Assembly: GCA_977016875.1 (NCBI GenBank)
Contig: CDRNST010000120.1
Location: forward strand, 3,038,001 to 3,102,000
From: Pavona decussata
Lineage: Eukaryota
Reading direction: 5' to 3'
DNA: 64,000 nt
Shown here: in pieces, positions 60,230 through 64,000 of the stretch
How positions within the stretch are numbered: the first letter of the stretch is position 1
Layout of the letters: the number at the start of each line of letters is the position of its first letter
Program-made: the position numbers and the translations under genes
Notes under the pieces: model-generated
Databases searched by the model: none
What the model was told of the DNA's origin: nothing
The model's input: only the letters and a program-made list of their open reading frames with translations

Positions 60230-60790
60230 GAACAGTGCCACAGAAAAGTACTGCTCAGTAGCTTTCATTTGAATGGTCACAATTTAGGATTTCATCTCCA
60301 GACTAAAAAGTTACAACCACCTTGTATAGTATAATAAACAGTACCACAGGGACGTGCTGCTCAGTAGCTTTCATTGGAATGGTCACACTTTAGGATTTCA
60401 TCCACAACCTCAAACTTTAGAACCACCTTGCACCCGGGCCTTGCACAGCATAATAAACAGCACCACAGGAAAGTACTGCTAAGTAGCTTGCCTTGTACTA
60501 AAAATTTCATTAAATGGTCACAATTTGAGAATTCATTTACTGACGAAAACGTTTGATCCACTTTGTGTAGTACTTTAAACAGTATCCCAGTTCTGCTCAT
60601 TTAAAGCTTTTATTTGAATGATCACACTTTTTATCCGCATGACATCAGAACTACCTTGCTCAATTTGTAAACAAACCAACGAAAAGCAGCCTTTTCATGG
60701 TCTGCCCACTTTGAAAATTCATTTATCGAGCCACCTTGTATAACACCGTAAACAGTACCACAGCCAGACTTAAGACTTTCACCCACAAAC
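60230..60790 (-). repeat. ~106-bp satellite array, reverse orientation, degenerate
   Basis: Several copies of the same unit. Confidence 0.8.
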
Positions 60791-60961
60791 GCAAAATTCA
60801 GGAACACTAGCGCGAAGTTGGATGGTTTGGTTCTCAGAGCGACAGGCCAATTTATATTCACTTACATGTATGTCGCGTTTTAGTCGCGTGGAAAACAATT
60901 GAAGCGACAGATAAAAATGGAGGCTACATTCGATTAAGTAAGGTTGTCGCTCGTCAGATTT

Positions 60962-60995
60962 GCTCTGACGAAGGGCTTACGCTCGAAACGTCAGC
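60962..60995 (+). ncRNA. Minimal type I hammerhead ribozyme motif (Penelope/retrozyme type)
   Basis: GCT-CTGACGA-A-GGGC-TTAC-GCTC-GAAA-CG-TC/AGC: intact CUGANGA and GAAA core, 4-bp stem II, 3-bp stem I (GCU/AGC), palindromic ACGU stem III and a GUC cleavage triplet. Confidence 0.75.
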
Positions 60996-63900
60996 TGTCG
61001 ACCCTCTTTCCGCTGGCCAAATTAAGTTATTACCTCAGGTGATAAAACTAATATTCGTTTCCATTCCCTCGCCGACGAAGCGTGACAGTTTGTTTGGGCG
61101 GTTACTAAGCTGTCAGATACTTGGTTTTTGTAAGTTTTTTTGGCTTCATTTACATTGGACGAGAGAGCGCGCTCGTAACTTAATATAAAAATACGGTTTG
61201 TTAAGGTACAGATGAAAAAGTCATTTCCTTTTGAACAAGCGCAAATGGATTAATTATAATAACAATAAAAAAGCCAACATGATTAAGAAAAGACATTCAA
61301 CTGTTAGCTTGGGAAAGAAAAGAAAATATAACTATATGTGATTCACTTCCTCGGGAAAAAAAACACAAAGCAAGATGAATTTCACATTACAAAGTTGAAA
61401 AACAGGCATATATTTTGAAATAAACGGATATTTTGATCATTCTAATAAACGTGCATCGCTTGTCAATTTTAAAAGAAAAATATACTCTTTGAAGTGTTGT
61501 ATCAATTCATAGTTACTGTAATTATCAGTTCAATTTTGTGCTATATCTATTTAAAATATATTTGCAAAGCAGTCTATGCAGCTGCTTGGTTGTAACTTAT
61601 GTATACATTCTTCCTTTGTAATAGAATTGTTATTTTGGAATCAGCCTTTTCACAATGTTCTTTGGCGAGTGTAGATTTTACCAGAAACACCGATGATAAC
61701 GCCCAACAAAAAATGCAATTAAGAGTTAGAATTTGTGTTTTTTTATTTTAATATTTGAAGATGATCTAGCTTAAAAGCCGAAAATCGGAGCGGCGTAGTT
61801 AAAGGCGTCCAAATACAAGGAATGGTAATCTAAATCGCAAAATAGCCTTTAACGTTAGTTAAATAGCCTCCGCTCTTGAAAACACTTCTGAATAGGTTTT
61901 CGACTTTGTCTGGTTAGGCTCGCTTCGGCCTATTGGCTTGTAGGATGTTCTCTAAAAATAAAAATCACAATTTACAACTATTTCAAATTTTAATTGCCGG
62001 AAATTTAGGGGGTGCCCCATTAACACTTGGTTTTTTTCCCCACAGAAAATAAAAATATATATTTTTTGTTTTTCTTTCATATGTTTTTTCTCGTTAGCTT
62101 TCCACTGAAATTTCACACTAGTTGTAACTGTTGTTTGACTTAAAAAAAAGCCGACGATGAACATTTACAGGGAAAAAAAGACTTAAAATATAATACTTAG
62201 GCGCTGTAAAAAAAGCTTTCAAGAACCAAGACAGGCCATATTGGACTGTCGACGAGGTCTCATGCAGTATATTATACCGCTTTAACAAAAAATAATCTCG
62301 AATAAGAAAATTGATAAAATCAGAGACGAATTGTAGACCGTGATTCTTTTGGTATTTTAAATTCAAAAAGGTAACTTCTTGCCTTGATGTCAATCTAAAC
62401 TTGGGTTTTATTTAAGGGATTTTGAAACAATAGTTTTAGTGCGAGTAAACATTAACTTAGGCGACCTAAGAAGGGATAAACAACCCAGTAAGTGTTTTTT
62501 AAAGCCTGGTCGGGAAAACATTCATTTATCGGGCGTCGTGTGAAATCAAATACTCTTAAAAGCAAACATGTTTTTTTTCCTTTGTTTTATGCGCTTAAAT
62601 CTTCATCTTTAGGCAAAGATATAAGTTATTAGCTTTCGCAGTTGTATTGATGTTAAAAGGTAAATTAAAGCTGTTAAATAAACTACGCAGTAGAACATGC
62701 ATAGCGAGCCACGCAATCAGTGAACAGAGCGTTATGATTTTCTTCAATGCTTTGACAATTAAGTACTATGTTGGGATTTTTTACGCCCTAAATCTCCTAT
62801 ATTTACTTCGTGATATGGCCTATTAACACTGCAACGATGTTTAAAGATAAATCTAGGCGTTTAAACAAACTGCGCAACGGATATGCAGGTAGGCATAACT
62901 GCTCGGCTGTTCACTAAAATAAGCGCTTTTCTTTCGTTGAAAGATAGGATGGCAAAAAGCTTATAACTATAACGTTGTACGGTAAGGAGGCTTACACAAT
63001 TTAGGTATTAAACCTTTAAAAAATCATTGGGTCAAAGAAAACCATAACTCGAAAAGCGCTTCCTTACCTTACAACCGTCCACCGTCCGATCAAACGTTAT
63101 AGATTTCGTTGGGAATTGGTCTTGGATCTTCGTTTAACACACCTAAAGGGCAAGCTAGCGAATTCTAATCTCTACCAGACTATTCTCAGCCTTTTAAAAG
63201 CCTCATTTAAATAATGCGAACCCAGTCCAGATGTTGACCAAGCCAGCTATTTAATGGATAGGAGTAAATTTGTTCGATCGCTGCGATAACGTCAGTTTTG
63301 TTATTGTTAACCAATCTAATGAAAATTAACAAACTTTTTTTTGTTGACTCACTGTTTCGTGCGAAAAGGATGTTAAGAATTTCTGAAGTAATTGGCCGCT
63401 TAAGGCATGTCTCTGTCTGCACTAACTGGACTTCAACGCTAAAAAATTACGCTACCATGTTCTCTTTTTAGCTTCATGTTTCTCGTACCTGCGTTTGGAA
63501 TCAAGCAAGTTAAAAAATTGATGATCTCATGATCGTTATCCGAAATTTTAAATATTAAGTATGGATTCCTGGTGGACACAAACAGCCAACTGTGGGAAAT
63601 GTCGCTGCGTTTGCTACGCCACAAAATTTTAATGCGGTAACGTTTACGTGCGTTATGTAAGGGTTCTATTAAACTTCCACGGTTCTCTTAGCAAATATTT
63701 GACAAGCTCCTTGAGTTTTTATTCGCGAGAAAAATAAAATAGTTGATTGTTTCCCTCCGGTGCAAAATTCTTTAGCCAAAAACTCACAGTCCGCGTCACT
63801 TATCAAAATCACAATCTTTGATTTACAAAACTGAAGCTAAAAAGCTGTTAATGAGGAGTTATGCAGCGTCGCGCAAAGGCGCGTTTCAGCAACTTAACAC

Positions 63901-64000
63901 ATTCAATATTATTATTTATTGAAGATCTCATTTGCGCGTCAATTCGCACTTTAGGCATATGCCTTGTAAACGTGATAAACAAAACACAGCTACAAAAACA

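Overview
Eukaryotic, intron-containing, AT-rich and repeat-dense genomic DNA. An anthozoan (stony coral) origin is inferred from the gene types and repeat families, not proven. All genes lie on the minus strand. (1) A two-coding-exon Shaw/Kv3-type voltage-gated K+ channel (14903-14346 and gap/9102-7348). It has a non-canonical S6 gate (PISIIG), an in-frame TAG at codon 29, an AG|GTGAGT recursive-splice-like site in front of the T1 exon and a tandem copy of that exon's 3' end. (2) Three tandemly duplicated rhodopsin-family GPCRs with intronless CDS, each in its own 7-8 kb duplicon; lineage-specific insertions give the duplication order. (3) A complete four-exon PRDM14 (about 472 aa), whose first coding exon is missing from the ORF track. 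Intergenic DNA holds many non-autonomous transposons with readable TIRs and TSDs (Harbinger with a MADF fragment, TTAA Kolobok-like, Tigger-like), LINE 3' ends, a tRNA-derived SINE and a dispersed ~106-bp satellite. It also holds minimal hammerhead-ribozyme motifs from Penelope-like elements. The most unusual structure is a cluster of Foldback/MULE-like termini built from different tandem-repeat arrays at the junction of two GPCR duplicons.
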